From assembly GCA_030141605.1 (NCBI GenBank), contig JAQGDQ010000371.1:124001-188000 (forward strand): a DNA stretch of 64,000 nucleotides, read 5' to 3'. Below, piece by piece: positions 13,813-26,965 of this stretch; positions within the stretch are counted from its first letter, which is position 1; every line of letters starts with the position of its first letter. The notes beneath the pieces were generated by a model that worked only from the letters and a program-made list of their open reading frames with translations, was not told the DNA's origin and did no database searches. The position numbers were made by a program, and so were the translations under genes. The stretch comes from Tubiluchus corallicola (Eukaryota; Animalia; Priapulida).

Positions 13813-14908
13813 TTATACATGCCTACACACACAGACCAATATATTATATAAAGCAGAGACATAAGTTAAAAACACAAAGCAAAGATTTTAATGGTTTATG
13901 AGGAAATCAAAAGTAAAATCATTTGAAAACATTTAATGGAAACCACAGAAAAATATTATAATTATTTAATACAGGCAATATAGAAAACTAAAAGAAATTC
14001 TAAGAAAGTGAAATCATTGCAAAATTCTTCGATGGAGACAATATAAAAATGTAAAGGAAAATAATTTTGAAAATTATTATTTAATACAAACAATACAGAA
14101 AACAAACTAAAAATTTATTTAGGCTGGAGAGCAAAAGTGTAACCATATTAACTAAACAAGTCATAAACAGGCAGCAATCACGTCAGTTTTGTGCAAACTT
14201 CTAGCAACACAAGTTTCCTCGTTACAATCGGGTTCTTTTCATCAAGAGAATCTGAGAACTAAGAACTGTAAGAATATAGTATTAATATATTTTTATTACG
14301 GAATTTGAAAATGAACGCAATACAGGACATTTAGGTGTCCCAGATAGGGCAGTACGGGACAGGGGACATGTCCCGTATATAAGGGACGTCTGGCAACCCT
14401 AGTAATACTACTAATTGTGTTGTGGTTGGTACTAATGGCAAAGGAAGCCAGTTGATTTTCAAATTTGTGTATGAAATTGCTGAATACTTGAGAACTGAAA
14501 TTTGACGCGTGTGTACATGTGAAAAATTCTAATTCCACGTGGTCTTTTTTAGTTTTTATTGTGCAATGGTAATGCCTACATGAATATGAAGTGATGTGAT
14601 GGTCTGATAAAATTAGGTTAAATAATGTGAGTGCTTACAGACAGGACAAAAGCTTTCCCATAGGTCTAGCCACTTGAAGCTTTGGCTCCAACACATTTTA
14701 AAGAACAACTCGGCAATCTGTATGTGAACAGCCTTTAAGGGAAATACTTATAGATGCCTAAGGCAGAACTAATTTTTAATTATCTGCAAGCGACTCAACG
14801 GGTCAAGAAAATAGGCATAAAGGTATTAAACTAATGAATCTTGAACCAAGGGTTGTATGCTCAGTTGATGTAGATTTTTTTTAAAATTTTCTTACATATA
14901 CATAACAG
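13196..14908 (+). other. PFDN5: Probable U12-type (minor spliceosome) GT-AG intron of PFDN5
   Basis: Donor GTATTCTTTT (U12 consensus GTATCCTTT); branch-like TTTCTTAC about 14 nt before the AG; no polypyrimidine tract; lies between PLTSS and MYVPG, where human PFDN5 has its minor intron (recalled). Confidence 0.65.
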
Positions 14909-14983
14909 ATGTATGTTCCGGGAACTTTATCAAATGTAAATAACGTGATGATAGATATCGGCACTGGCTACTTCGTGGAGAAG
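14909..14983 (+). CDS. PFDN5: Prefoldin subunit 5, coding exon 3 (MYVPGTLSNVNNVMIDIGTGYFVEK)
   Basis: Alpha-prefoldin signature YVPG...DIGTGYFVEK; AG/GT boundaries. Confidence 0.97.
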
Positions 14984-15662
14984 GTAAAAATTTTTACTTT
15001 TCCTCATATCTTACAAGTAATTAATCATGTATGATAAATATGTAGTTTTTGAGTAGGCTAGTCAGACTTTTGCTCGTTATTTCTACATTAAATAATGGTT
15101 TTTGAAATCTCTGAAGTTGCTAGGTGTGAAAACGCCAGTTTTTTAAAATTTTGATAAAGTATTTAAACATATTTAAATTGAAACTTCAGTATTTTAGCTA
15201 GCTGGCTGTGCTTTTCTTAATTGGCTAAGATGTGTAGTAAGTACTGCTTGGTATCTGACTGCTGGAAGCTGTATTTTGCGAGAATGCACTGATGCACAAA
15301 TTTCCAAGTACTTAAATTATACTAACAATAAAAGCTCTTTATTACTAGTTCTTTTTCGTACATGCTGCTAAATACAGGCAGTATTTATTATTTACATGGT
15401 ACATTACATTAATGCATGTTACTATAATACAAAGTCCCACTCAATAACGACTATTACCAATGTTATAAAGACGCGAAACCTTAAATTGCTATTAATCTTT
15501 AACTTGCCAAATATGCTTGGAATGGCGTGTCGCAAAGATAGTTGTTTTGGCTCTCATGCTGAAAAAACATGTTTTGCTTTGTTTATTTTTTTCAATTAAG
15601 TTCAAGTCTTTACGATCAGTGCTTTGTTGGAGTAGTATACAGTGTTCCCTCGGAGTAGTATA

Positions 15663-16204
15663 CAGTGTTCCCTCACTTATCGCGGGTGTTCCGTTCCAGG
15701 CCCACCCGCGATAACTGAATTTCCACGAAGTAGGGATGCTATACTTATTTTAGTAGTTATACATTATTTTATCAACCCTCCCCACACTTTTATACATAAC
15801 CGTTTCCCATTCCCTTAATAACTTTTCCCATACTGTACATCGGCAAGTAGCATCTCAAGCGGGCGCAAGCACTACATTTCGTTTTTGGTGTGTGTTCATC
15901 TGCTGAATAAATACACTATTTACTGTAAATGGTAATTTTTTTATGATTTAATATTCTTTAAATGTTAGAATTAATATTTTTAATAGATTTTTATATTTTT
16001 GTGATTTTTTATGCAAAATTCATCAAATCTATACATTACTGTACAATACGTATTACGCATGTGCAAAAATACTTTAGACGGAGTACCGCAAAAACCCGCG
16101 AAACAGCGAAAATACCGCGATAAATATTTTACATTAATTTTTTTGAAAACCCGCGAAACAGCGAGTCCACGATAAACGAACCGCGAAGTAGCAGGGGAAC
16201 ACTG
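15663..16204. mobile_element. Tc1/mariner-pogo (Tigger-like) MITE
   Basis: TA-flanked TIRs CAGTGTTCCCTC... / ...GGGGAACACTG; near-identical internally deleted copy at 58204-58661; 23-bp duplication at the left junction. Confidence 0.9.
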
Positions 16205-16355
16205 TACTTGGGTTGGTCAATTTTTGGTGAATTGGTGTTTTTAAGCACTTCAGGTGCTACATTCATAACACTAAAGCATCATTTGTGATAAAAATTTGTT
16301 TACAAAAGTTACTATTCTTGTTGTAGATTTATTGTTGCTGTTGTTGTTGTTGCAG

Positions 16356-16461
16356 ACCGTTGAGGAGGCGCAGAAATATTTCAAGAGAAAAATTGAATTT
16401 GTCACCAAAAACATGGAAAAAATTCAGCCACTTTTACAAGAAAAGTTCAAAATCAAACAAG
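16356..16461 (+). CDS. PFDN5: Prefoldin subunit 5, coding exon 4 (TVEEAQKYFKRKIEFVTKNMEKIQPLLQEKFKIKQ)
   Basis: Conserved A..YFKRKI.F motif; TTGCAG acceptor, GTATAA donor, phase 1. Confidence 0.97.
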
Positions 16462-17010
16462 GTATAAATTTCCCTATTAATAATTTAACGATGAAATATA
16501 CAAGTCATGGTCGATGCTTGTTTGGATTCTTTTAATAATTAGTTTGTTATTGGGTTATTGATTTTGTTTGTCAACGAGTAAATTTCTCTTTTCCTTTATA
16601 TTTATATTTAGATTTATTGCATGTAATGCTAGTGTGTAGCAATCTAACTTCCTTGCTGGAGCTGACTAGGACACCGATCTAGTAATTGCTGTTGTACCAG
16701 CTGCACACTAGAATGTCACCTAGTTAAAAAAGCTTCCTGGTTTAGTGAAGCATTGGCTTTTAAAAAGAATATAATAAAAAAGCCGACACCCGTAGTAACT
16801 CATGGGCAGTCACTCAGTAAACGCTCTGACTAGCTCACACTTTGTCTCTGGTAAGGCAGACTCTTGAACTGCTTTTAAGTTTGGCAAACCAGGCTCTATT
16901 GGAAGGAGTTACTCTCATCACATATCTGTTATGATTGCAATATTTGGGACAGTGAAGTCAAAAAAGTGAGTTATCTGAAAATAAACAAGTCGAACACCAA
17001 ACTTGCTATA

Positions 17011-17274
17011 CAGTGTTTTTCTCTCACAATGCAGTGTACTGCCAAACGCTCGTCAAAGTGATAGTTACCCACAACGCAGTGTTTTTCTCTCACAATGCAG
17101 TGTACTGCCAAACGCTCGTCAAAGTGATAGTTACCCACAACGCAGTGTTTTTCTCTCACAATGCAGTGTACTGTCAAACGTTCATCAAAGTGATAGTTAC
17201 CCACAACGCAGTGTTTTTCTCTCACAATGCAGTGTACTGTCAAACGTTCGTCAAAGTCATAGTTACCCACAATG
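17011..17274. repeat. 66-bp tandem repeat, 4 copies
   Basis: Unit CAGTGTTTTTCTCTCACAATGCAGTGTACTG...TTACCCACAACG starts at 17011, 17077, 17143 and 17209. Confidence 0.95.
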
Positions 17275-17749
17275 CAATAACAAGTTTTTGGCAGGTCTGG
17301 ATTATTGAAATTTACTAGCAGAGTTTTTTTTTTAATTTTGCTTCCTACAGTATTGCTAGTGCACGAATACAATTTCATGGAAGTGTACAAACAAAAATTA
17401 TAGGAAAGGCTTACGGGCAAGGGAACTCTTCTGATTTCGATTTGTTTTTATGTTACGTATTCATGTCAGCAGTAACTCTGAAAGAGATTCAAAAAGTTAT
17501 GTTAAGGCTGTTTTGAACCAGCTACATTTAAGCAATGAAAAACTGTATGAAGTAATCAAAGTCAGGGGAAAAAAAGAAAAGAGGTACCTAGTAGGGGTCT
17601 ATCATGGTAATATCAGTTCTGTTGCCATACCGGTGAAAATGTATTTATTGTTATGGAACTAGAAGTACTTCTGTCACAGTTAAAGTCTAAAAAATGCAAA
17701 ATGTTATCAACCTGTAAAGAAAGAAATGTAACATTGGGTATAAATAGAA

Positions 17750-20020
17750 AAAAATTAGTGCGTGGAAAAATTGAACCGATAAATGTTCATATAACTTTAA
17801 TATCCCACAATTAAAAAGATTTAGTGTGTGGGAAAATTGAACCAATAAACATTCATGTAACTTTAATATACCACAAATAAAAAGATTTAGTGTGTGGGAA
17901 AATTGAACCAATAAACATTCATATAACTTTAATATCCCACAAATAAAAGGATTTAGTGTGTGGGAAAATTGAACCAATAAACATTCATGTAACTTTAATA
18001 TCCCACAAATAAAAAGATTTAGTGTGTGGGAAAATTGAACCAATAAACATTCATATAACTTTAATATCCCACAAATAAAGAGATTTAGTGCATGGGAAAA
18101 TTGAACCAATAAACATTCATGTAACTTTAATATCCCACAAATAAAAAGATTTAGTGTGTGGGAAAATTGAACCGATAAACGTTCATGTAACTTTAATATA
18201 CCACAAATAAAAAGATTTAGTGTGTGGGAAAATTGAACCGATAAACATTCATATAACTTTAATATCCCACAAATAAAAGGATTTAGTGTGTGGGAAAATT
18301 GAACCGATAAACATTCATGTAACTTTAATATCCCACAAATAAAGAGATTTAGTGCGTGGGAAAATTGAACCAATAAACATTCATGTAACTTTAATATCCC
18401 ACAAATAAAAAGATTTAGTGTGTGGGAAAATTGAACCGATAAACGTTCATGTAACTTTAATATACCACAAATAAAAAGATTTAGTGTGTGGGAAAATTGA
18501 ACCGATAAACATTCATATAACTTTAATATCCCACAAATAAAAGGATTTAGTGTGTGGGAAAATTGAACCAATAAACATTCATGTAACTTTAATATCCCAC
18601 AAATAAAAAGATTTTAATGTGTGGGAAAATTGAACCAATAAACATTCATATAACTTTAATATCCCACAAATAAAAGGATTTAGTGCGTGGGAAAATTGAA
18701 CCAATAAACATTCATGTAACTTTAATATCCCACAAATAAAAAGATTTAGTGTGTGGGAAAATTGAACCAATAAACATTCAGTGGGAAAATTGAACCAATA
18801 AACATTCATATAACTTTAATATCCCAAAAATAAAAAGATTTAGTGTGTGGGAAAATTGAACCAATAAACATTCATGTAACTTTAATATCCCAAAAATAAA
18901 AAGATTTAGTGTGTGGGAAAATTGAACCAATAAACATTCATGTAACTTTAATATCCCACAAATAAAAAGATTTAGTGTGTGGGAAAATTGAACCAATAAA
19001 CATTCATGTAACTTTAATATCCCACAAATAAAAAGATTTAGTGTGTGGGAAAATTGAACTAATAAACATTCATGTAACTTTAATATCCCACAAATAAAAA
19101 GATTTAGTGTGTGGGAAAATTGAACCAATAAACATTCATGTAACTTTAATATCCCACAAATAAAAAGATTTAGTGTGTGGGAAAATTGAACCAATAAACA
19201 TTCATGTAACTTTAATATCCCACAAATAAAAAGATTTATTGTGTGGGAAAATTGAACCAATAAACATTCATGTAACTTTAATATCCCAAAAATAAAAAGA
19301 TTTAGTGTGTGGGAAAATTGAACCAATAAACATTCATGTAACTTTAATATCCCACAAATAAAAAGATTTAGTGTGTGGGAAAATTGAACCAATAAACATT
19401 CATGTAACTTTAATATCCCACAAATAAAAAGATTTAGTGTGTGGGAAAATTGAACCAATATACATTCATGTAACTTTAATATCCCACAAATAAAAAGATT
19501 TAGTGTGTGGGAAAATTGAACCAATAAACATTCATGTAACTTTAATATCCCACAAATAAAAAGATTTAGTGTGTGGGAAAATTGAACCAATAAACATTCA
19601 TGTAACTTTAATATCCCACAAATAAAAAGATTTAGTGTGTGGGAAAATTGAACCAATAAACATTCATGTAACTTTAATATCCCACAAATAAAAAGATTTA
19701 GTGTGTGGGAAAATTGAACCAATAAACATTCATATAACTTTAATATCCCACAAATAAAAAGATTTAGTGTGTGGGAAAATTGAACCAATAAACATTCATG
19801 TAACTTTAATATCCCACAAATAAAAAGATTTAGTGTGTGGGAAAATTGAACCAATAAACGTTCATATAACTTTAATATCCCACAAATAAAAAGATTTAGT
19901 GTGTGGGAAAATTGAACCGATAAACGTTCATATAACTTTAATATACCACAAATAAAAAGATTTAGTGTGTGGGAAAATTAAACCGATAAACATTTATATA
20001 ACTTTAATATACCACAAATA
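17750..20020. repeat. 66-bp tandem minisatellite, about 34 copies, in PFDN5 intron 4
   Basis: Unit TTAGTGTGTGGGAAAATTGAACCAATAAACATTCATGTAACTTTAATATCCCACAAATAAAAAGAT; one truncated unit near 18781. Confidence 0.97.
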
Positions 20021-20143
20021 CGTAATTGAGCATATAATTGTAATGAATCACAAATAAATACAAAGACAGATTCATCTTGTGCAGCTACAGAAGCAGTGCT
20101 ACATTAAATTTATAAAAAATGAACCTTTTTTGCTTTCTTACAG

Positions 20144-20217
20144 CTGTGGTAGAAATGTTGCAGATGAAGATGCAAGCTCAAATAGCGGCTAAGCAGCAGG
20201 GTTCCGCCAAGACATAG
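20144..20217 (+). CDS. PFDN5: Prefoldin subunit 5, coding exon 5 (AVVEMLQMKMQAQIAAKQQGSAKT*)
   Basis: TTCTTACAG acceptor in phase 1, TAG stop; spliced protein is 158 aa, a typical PFDN5 length. Confidence 0.93.
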
Positions 20218-23200
20218 AAATTTTGTACAACACTGTTTTAGTCGTATTTCTGTTCTTTGATCTGATGACCTTCTTGACCGTGTGAAAGAAACTGGAATTC
20301 ACACTATGACACACCGCAGGCAACAGCTTTGGACTACCTAACTAATTAATGAGAGTTAACACAAATTTATTTAAAAGATTAGATTACATTTGAATCCAGT
20401 TCTAAGAGTTGAATTTTGTTTGTTTGTTTGCTTGTTCATTTGTTGACAAAACACCATCTCGTTGGTGACATCTCTAAATGTCGCTTTTTGGGGACTCATT
20501 AAGTCTGAGATGCGACTTATGCTCTCGCAAATAATTCGTTATGCTGATAATGACACCTGATGTGATTGGCCATTGTTCTTGATTTCCTAGCTGACCAGGG
20601 TTTACGGAAGTACACCACAATTTCCATTACTTACACGTGTGTATTCGGTTTCTTTTTCCCCTCAATCAGGTCAGTCCACTAGTAACATCTGTTATCTTAC
20701 TCTAGTGAATCTAGTCAGAAAACGTTCCCTCCTTTAACTGGTTCATTTGCCCAACTCAAAACTTAGTAATTAAACAATTTAGTCTTCAATCATCAACTGT
20801 TAATTGCAAAAGCTCAAATTATAGTAGCAAAATTGGAAAGTTTATAAACAACATAAACATCTGTTTAGCTCTTATATCTATAGATGTATTATTTCAGCTA
20901 TTAAGTATAGATAAATATCAGTGGTACTAAACATTTTGTAATTTGGCTTTTTTCCCACTTTTTGTAACTGTATTTCTCCCTAATAACATTCCTCTGTATA
21001 AGGATGATAAAAAAGATTTTTGCTATAGCTTGTATCGTAAACAGTACATTTGGTCCTAACTTGGAAAACTTATGACACCTGTGGTGTTCAACATTTGCAC
21101 CCCTCTAACATAATGATTATATAATGAACTAGTGGTTTGAGGACTCTTAATAAGTAATACTACATTTCCAAAACATATATTTTAAACCAAAAGATATTTG
21201 TGCGATTTTTTTCTACATTTTGATTTGTTATTATTAACTTTTTGATATTGACCATAGAGTTAGAGTTTCTGTATGCATTCATTATTATCGTTTTTGTGGA
21301 TACTCTTCTTTTGCTACTTTTCTGGTTGCTGTTGTCTTTGTGGTATCACCTTTTAGAAAAAGTCTAAAGCTCCTATGATTTACAATGGATTGTCATGAGA
21401 CTTTACACGAGTATACTAGAACAAACTCCACATTGACGGAATCCAATTTTCAATCTGCCATTTTGAACTCAAAGTGTCAGCAGTAACATCACTTTCGAGA
21501 AAAGCCTCTAGCGCTTCACTATTTGTTAACTGATCATCATGAAATTTTACAGGAATATACTAGAGCGAATTCTACAGCAACTGACAGAGTCAGATTTTCG
21601 ATTTGCCCTTTTAAAATTCAAAATGGCAACATTGACATTATTTCTAATCCACAGCCTCGAGTTCAGCAAGTTACTTAACCATTAGTTCAAGTTGAACTTG
21701 TTGTATTTGTCGTGCGCTAAGAGCAGTTTTCGCATATTCATTATAAATCCATTATAAGTTTTTCTTGTATGATAATCGATATGTTCACTCAAGCACTCAA
21801 AAGTGCATTTTTTCCATGAGCTCATAATTACTCAGTGTTATATACGGCTGTAAATGTTGATATTGCAGAAGTATGTGCATTAATTTTCCTTGTGCTTGCT
21901 ATTTTCCATTCTTTTGCTTTATCATTTTTCACTTGCCAAATGTATGAGCTGTCAATGCATATTATAAAGCTGAAGTCTTATATCTGTTTGTATGTGGTGT
22001 GGTATGAGTTTGTAGTTATACAAAATGTTAGCTTAAGAAAGCAATTAAAACATTGATTGATTCACACAATAGCTTTTTATCTTTGGTAATCATTTCATTG
22101 CACGTTGTGCTTGAACGATTATTCTATAATAGTTTGATGTAAAAGAGCTGCAGTAAATGCTGCTGCTGATTATGAACTGAGTGAGATTAGTTGTTATTTG
22201 TTTTAGGTTATGAGTACAAGTAATTATTTAAGTCTCTTCATGGCCGGACTTGAGTGCATGCTGTTGTGTAAATCTCACAAAAAATTGAGATCGTTGCAGA
22301 AAGCATAGCAAGTGCACCAATAAACACAAAAAAACTAAAACAACATTTGACTATGGCTATAAGAATTATTTTATGTACTAGTTTTAGTTCCTTCACAGAA
22401 TTATATAAAAGGGGGAAGTACAAACATATCCATAAACAAGAAATGTTGTTGCAGAACAATTGTACCACAAATTGTAGTATGCTAGAGAGAGAGAGTCTTG
22501 GATCTCCGTGATGATTGTGCTGCTGGTCTGAAATTGCAAGATGCGTGAAGCTTCCACGCTAAATATTGCTGTTGTGACAGATTTTTGATTCATTCAGCGA
22601 TGCTTTAACGTAGTAAATAATTGATTATTCTATTCTGTATTATTACTTGTTGTTTTGAATATTATGTTAAAACTTCTGTCATCTTGCATTATTGTTATAT
22701 TGATGCAGTTGTAAAAATAAACTTGTAAATGACTTTTGAGTCCTTCGCCGCCTACCGTGGATACACTCGATCCTCTTCACCACCAGTGGCGAGCAAACCG
22801 ACGTCAATAAAAAGTGTCTGTTTGCGAGATCAACTTGTTTCACAAGTCACACCAAATATCATTTACGTCAACTTGCCATTACTGTTCACTCGTCTAATTA
22901 TATTTTTACTTTCAACAGCTCATTAACATACATCCTAGTCAGTAGTAATTTATGTATGTTCCATTCACTTATATCTTGCGTAGATAGGAACAACTTACAC
23001 AGCTTTACATTCAAAAAGATGCTCAGTAGTATCCTCTGCTTCTTGGCATTTAAGATCCCCTTTATACAGATTTTTGAAATTTGTTTTAACATCTCCCATA
23101 TTAAGTCTAATTGACATAATATCTTTCACACCGTCTAGCCTATATTTTTCGACATACATTTGTCATTGGAAAGTTCTGTCTTTTAAAAACCCCAATTTTG

Positions 23201-24299
23201 TCATAGTTTCCTATTTTAGTTTTAAGCTTTTTTCTATAAATAAATAAATTTCATTCTTTGTATACTTTTCCATTTTGATTTGGTTATTACATTTATATTC
23301 ACTGTATTTATATCAATATTATATTTACTCATGATGCGTTTAATTTCTGAATACCAACATTTATCATATTGCCTCCACTATATTACTGTTTTGCATCTAT
23401 ATTGCGTATCGGTCGCTTGCCTTGGATCCTTTATGAGTTGACATGTGCGTGCTGATTTCTAAATAAATTCGATTTGAAAATAACGTAACAAATCAGCCCG
23501 TTTTGCGCTTAAGATTTTTTTGCCTTTCTTATTGTCGACAGTTACCGACGGTAACTAAAACTGTGTCAGTCTTGACGGCGAGTTCTTTTATTTTAGAATT
23601 TTGCCTGTCAAATGTCTGAAGTGGACGCAACGGGCATATGATGATTGTTCGACAGCAGCTGCTGCCGCGCTGCATAAGTCTTTGCTCCGGTTAGCTACCA
23701 AACTAGCTTGTCAGTGGAAAATAAAATTATAGTTTTTGCTCAAATGCGTTGCTTGCTCTGTCTAACTAGTCTAGAAAAAAGTCGTCTGGTTCGATAATCA
23801 AAAATTATTACAGAAATAGTTTTCGGACTTAAAACCAGTTTGGTGTGACGGTTATGTGTTGGGCCCGGTAATGATGGTCTTTAATCGTTCTATGATTATA
23901 ACCTCACGGGGAAGAACGCCTTGTTCAACCATTTTACTTTTAGTTTTAGGATTTGATTGGTAAATTGTAATCAACCTACTAGCTCACCTGATCTGAATTC
24001 AGGTCAGACCTAAGCTGGCCTACTTACAGAGTACAGTCAATTTATATGTTGTTATTTTCTAGAAAACTTTATAAAATTTAGTATTAAATTTTGTATGTCT
24101 GTGTTTTTGTAGAGTTTAATTCAATTTTATTTTCTCAGTAGCAGTTAAAATTCGTCATAATTATTTTTACATTTCATTGCAGCTGAGAAGGAGCAGCAAA
24201 AGACCTATTGGTCACTTGATCAGCTGCCCCTTATTAAAAATACAAGTTTACTCACAGGCTCATGACATTTTTAGGTGTTTGTGCATATATAAAAGGCAA

Positions 24300-24870
24300 A
24301 TGTAACAAAAATCAACTCAACACAGAAATGCAATTCAAAGCATAACAAGGCATAACATCAAGCAAAAAATTAATGAAATTCAATGTAGAAAAATAATAAT
24401 ATCAAACAAAAAAAAGCAACAAAAATCTACTCAAAGCGAAAATGCAGTTCCACTCAGAATAAAAAGAAGTTATCACAAGCAATGCAAAACAGAATTTAAC
24501 TCATGGCAAAAAATTATATCAAACAAAATGAAACTCAAAGCGAAAATTTTATAAAGCAAAAGCAATTCTACTGAAGGTAAAAGAATTTGTCAAAACCAAA
24601 GCAAAACAGAATTCAGCCTAGAGCAAAAATTATATCACACAAAAGCAACAAAATCAAACTCAAAGCGAAAATTTTATAAAGCAAACGCAATTCAACTGAA
24701 AACAAAAGAAATTATCACAAGCAAAACAAAACAGGATTCACTTAGGGCAAAAATTATATCACACAAAAGCAACAAAATCAAACTCAAGAGCAAAAACAAA
24801 ATTCAGTTTAAAGCAAAACATATATCAAGCAACAGTAACAAAAATCAGCGCAAGGCGAAAACTAAAAACA
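24300..24870. repeat. Degenerate A-rich tandem repeat, ~125-bp period
   Basis: ACTCAAAGCGAAAA and GCAAAAATTATATCA blocks recur at roughly 105-125-bp spacing. Confidence 0.7.
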
Positions 24871-24973
24871 TCATGTTGTTCGTTTTGCAGTTTAGAATCT
24901 AGGTCATATTGAATTTACTTCTTTATGTTTTGTAATCTTTTAGGTAATGTTTGAAAAAAAAACTCAGTGTTAG

Positions 24974-25582
24974 ATGGAATACATTCATGTTATTCAGAGA
25001 TCTGAACTGAAACATAGTGATCACATCTATGTGTGGCGGTTAGGGTATAGCCATCATGGCATCTGGGACGGATCTAAAGTAATTCACTATGCTTCTCCAT
25101 TTGGTACTGGAAACACTAAACAAGGTGCTGTAGTCAGACGTGATTCCTTAGATATTTTTCTCAATGGTGGTCAGTTACGTCTGTATCTCTATGGTGTGTC
25201 TGAAGCTGAGTGGTTTCTGAAACTTCGCGGAACCTGCTGTATGAAGGAAAGTGATCCTTCGGCTGTTGTCTTACAAAGAGCTAAGTCTCTCATTGGTCAG
25301 GGTAACTATGATTTCTTCCGTAACAATTGTGAACACTTTGCACTGTGGTGCAAGTTAGGTCATAGATGCACTGACGTTCCTAACCAGTCAACATCTGCTG
25401 TGATCAATGCTGTGTGGGCCATAACTACGCCGATTCGTGGCCTGGGATTATTTGCATTAAATACACTTGACTCTGTCGATGTAAGTGCTATAAATAATGC
25501 TGTGAGTAATCTTGTTAGCAGAGAACATGCACAAGCTGGCTCTGTGAATGAGGATAATAATCTCAACAACAACAAAATTTAA
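24974..25582 (+). CDS. LRAT/NC-domain (permuted NlpC/P60) protein, putative phospholipase/acyltransferase, 202 aa, no intron in the CDS
   Basis: H-box (DHIYVWR..YSHHGIW...VIHY) and NC motif NYDFFRNNCEHFALWCKLG give an intact His-His-Cys triad; splice acceptor (TTTTAG) just upstream in the 5' UTR. Confidence 0.92.
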   Translation: MEYIHVIQRSELKHSDHIYVWRLGYSHHGIWDGSKVIHYASPFGTGNTKQGAVVRRDSLDIFLNGGQLRLYLYGVSEAEWFLKLRGTCCMKESDPSAVVLQRAKSLIGQGNYDFFRNNCEHFALWCKLGHRCTDVPNQSTSAVINAVWAITTPIRGLGLFALNTLDSVDVSAINNAVSNLVSREHAQAGSVNEDNNLNNNKI

Positions 25583-26526
25583 GCAAATTACAATATCGTA
25601 CTTCAAAAAATCTTTGATTTAGGTTTCGGTAATGAATTACGTTGTATTTCGTAGTAATGAAGATGTTCTGAAAATGAAACTGATTTTGCATTTTGTTTTG
25701 CAGAAGTTCCTAAGGCTTAGAAAGGTGCTTATCATGATTTAGTAGCCAAAAGAGAATTTACATGTTGATGCAGTTGCTGTTTTTCTAATATGTATGTTAT
25801 TATAGTCTGAGAAAATGGAATGGAGTGTTAATTTATGCAGACAGAATTTATACCTCTGCTTAAGACTGTATTATTACAGAGATGTAGAGATTTATTGGCA
25901 TATGAAAAATGTAACAACACCACATAACAAACGAAACAACATCTAGTGAGATGTATATTATTGTATAGGCGGCCATAACAAAAACGAAAAAATACGAATT
26001 ATATATTAAAATAAACGACAACAACGTATCACAAAATTTAAAATACATTCTGATGACATAAATATTTAATTTAAGTCTGACTATAAGCAATTGCTCTTGT
26101 TGATAGATAATAGGCAATTCTTATGGTAGTAAATAATTATAAATATATTATTTTGTGTAAAAACATACAAATTATGTGTACTTTAATTTATATTTCTACT
26201 GTCAATGCAGTCGAATGCAAATTTACAAACAAAAGCTACAATTTCAGTATCATTAGATGCTAAAAGAAATATAAATTTGTTTTTGTTTGACGTATTGTAG
26301 AAGTCTGGGCAAAAGTTATTAATTTTACTGAAAAAGACAGACCATAGGTGGTTACGTTTTGTGCATCGTAGTAACAAGTGTGCCTCATCTTCTATTTCAT
26401 CTAAATTGGAATGTTGACAAATTCGTTGTTAATGTGATATCTTATGTGGTTTGTGATGTCTTCCTGCTTTTATAGCTAGTGTGTGTGTGTGTGTGCGCGC
26501 GTGCGTGCGTGAATGTGTGTGTGCTG

Positions 26527-26965
26527 TAGTGGCAGCTTGTGTATAGGCATTGTGGAACTGCAGCACTCTCCCCCCCCCATTTCCACTTGATATTATTCTA
26601 TATAATGGTCTTTTTAACTTTGACTCTTTTTTATACTTGTGTGGAACCAGTGCACGTGACGGAACTGTGTGGTTCACAGGTCCAGCAGGGTGGTGTTTGG
26701 CTGTGTGTGTTGTCAGTTGTCACGTGCTTTAAAACCGTGTTCCGGCATATTCTTGAAGTGCGTCAATTTAGGCTATTCGTAAGCAAAAAATATTTTTTTA
26801 GGACTTTACCAAGTTTGTGTATAAATTTTTGCACGTTGTTTGTCTAAAACTACAATTACAAAATCAAAAATTACACGTTTGTTTCATTTTACACAGTATT
26901 AAAACAAAGGCTAAAAATTTTCTGAAGCAGCACCCCCAACTAATTTTAGCTACGAGCTGTCACTG
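26527..26965. mobile_element. hAT-type MITE, inverted relative to 12044-12539
   Basis: Degenerate TIRs TAGTGGCAGCTTGT / ACGAGCTGTCACTG; 8-bp TSD GTGTGCTG/GTGAGCTG; internal homology to the 12-kb copy. Confidence 0.85.

Noticed and set aside
16785-16860. Faint minus-strand 5S/SINE-like or snoRNA-like segment in PFDN5 intron 4
   Set aside because: Similarity too weak to support by eye; no clear C/D or H/ACA boxes.
16971-19854. ORFs of 101-358 aa with 22-aa periodicity (superficially LRR- or zinc-finger-like)
   Set aside because: Products of two 66-bp intronic minisatellites inside PFDN5 intron 4.
25655-25690. SECIS-like ATGA...AAA...TGAT in the LRAT-domain gene 3' UTR
   Set aside because: Stem too short and poorly paired; the CDS has no in-frame TGA.
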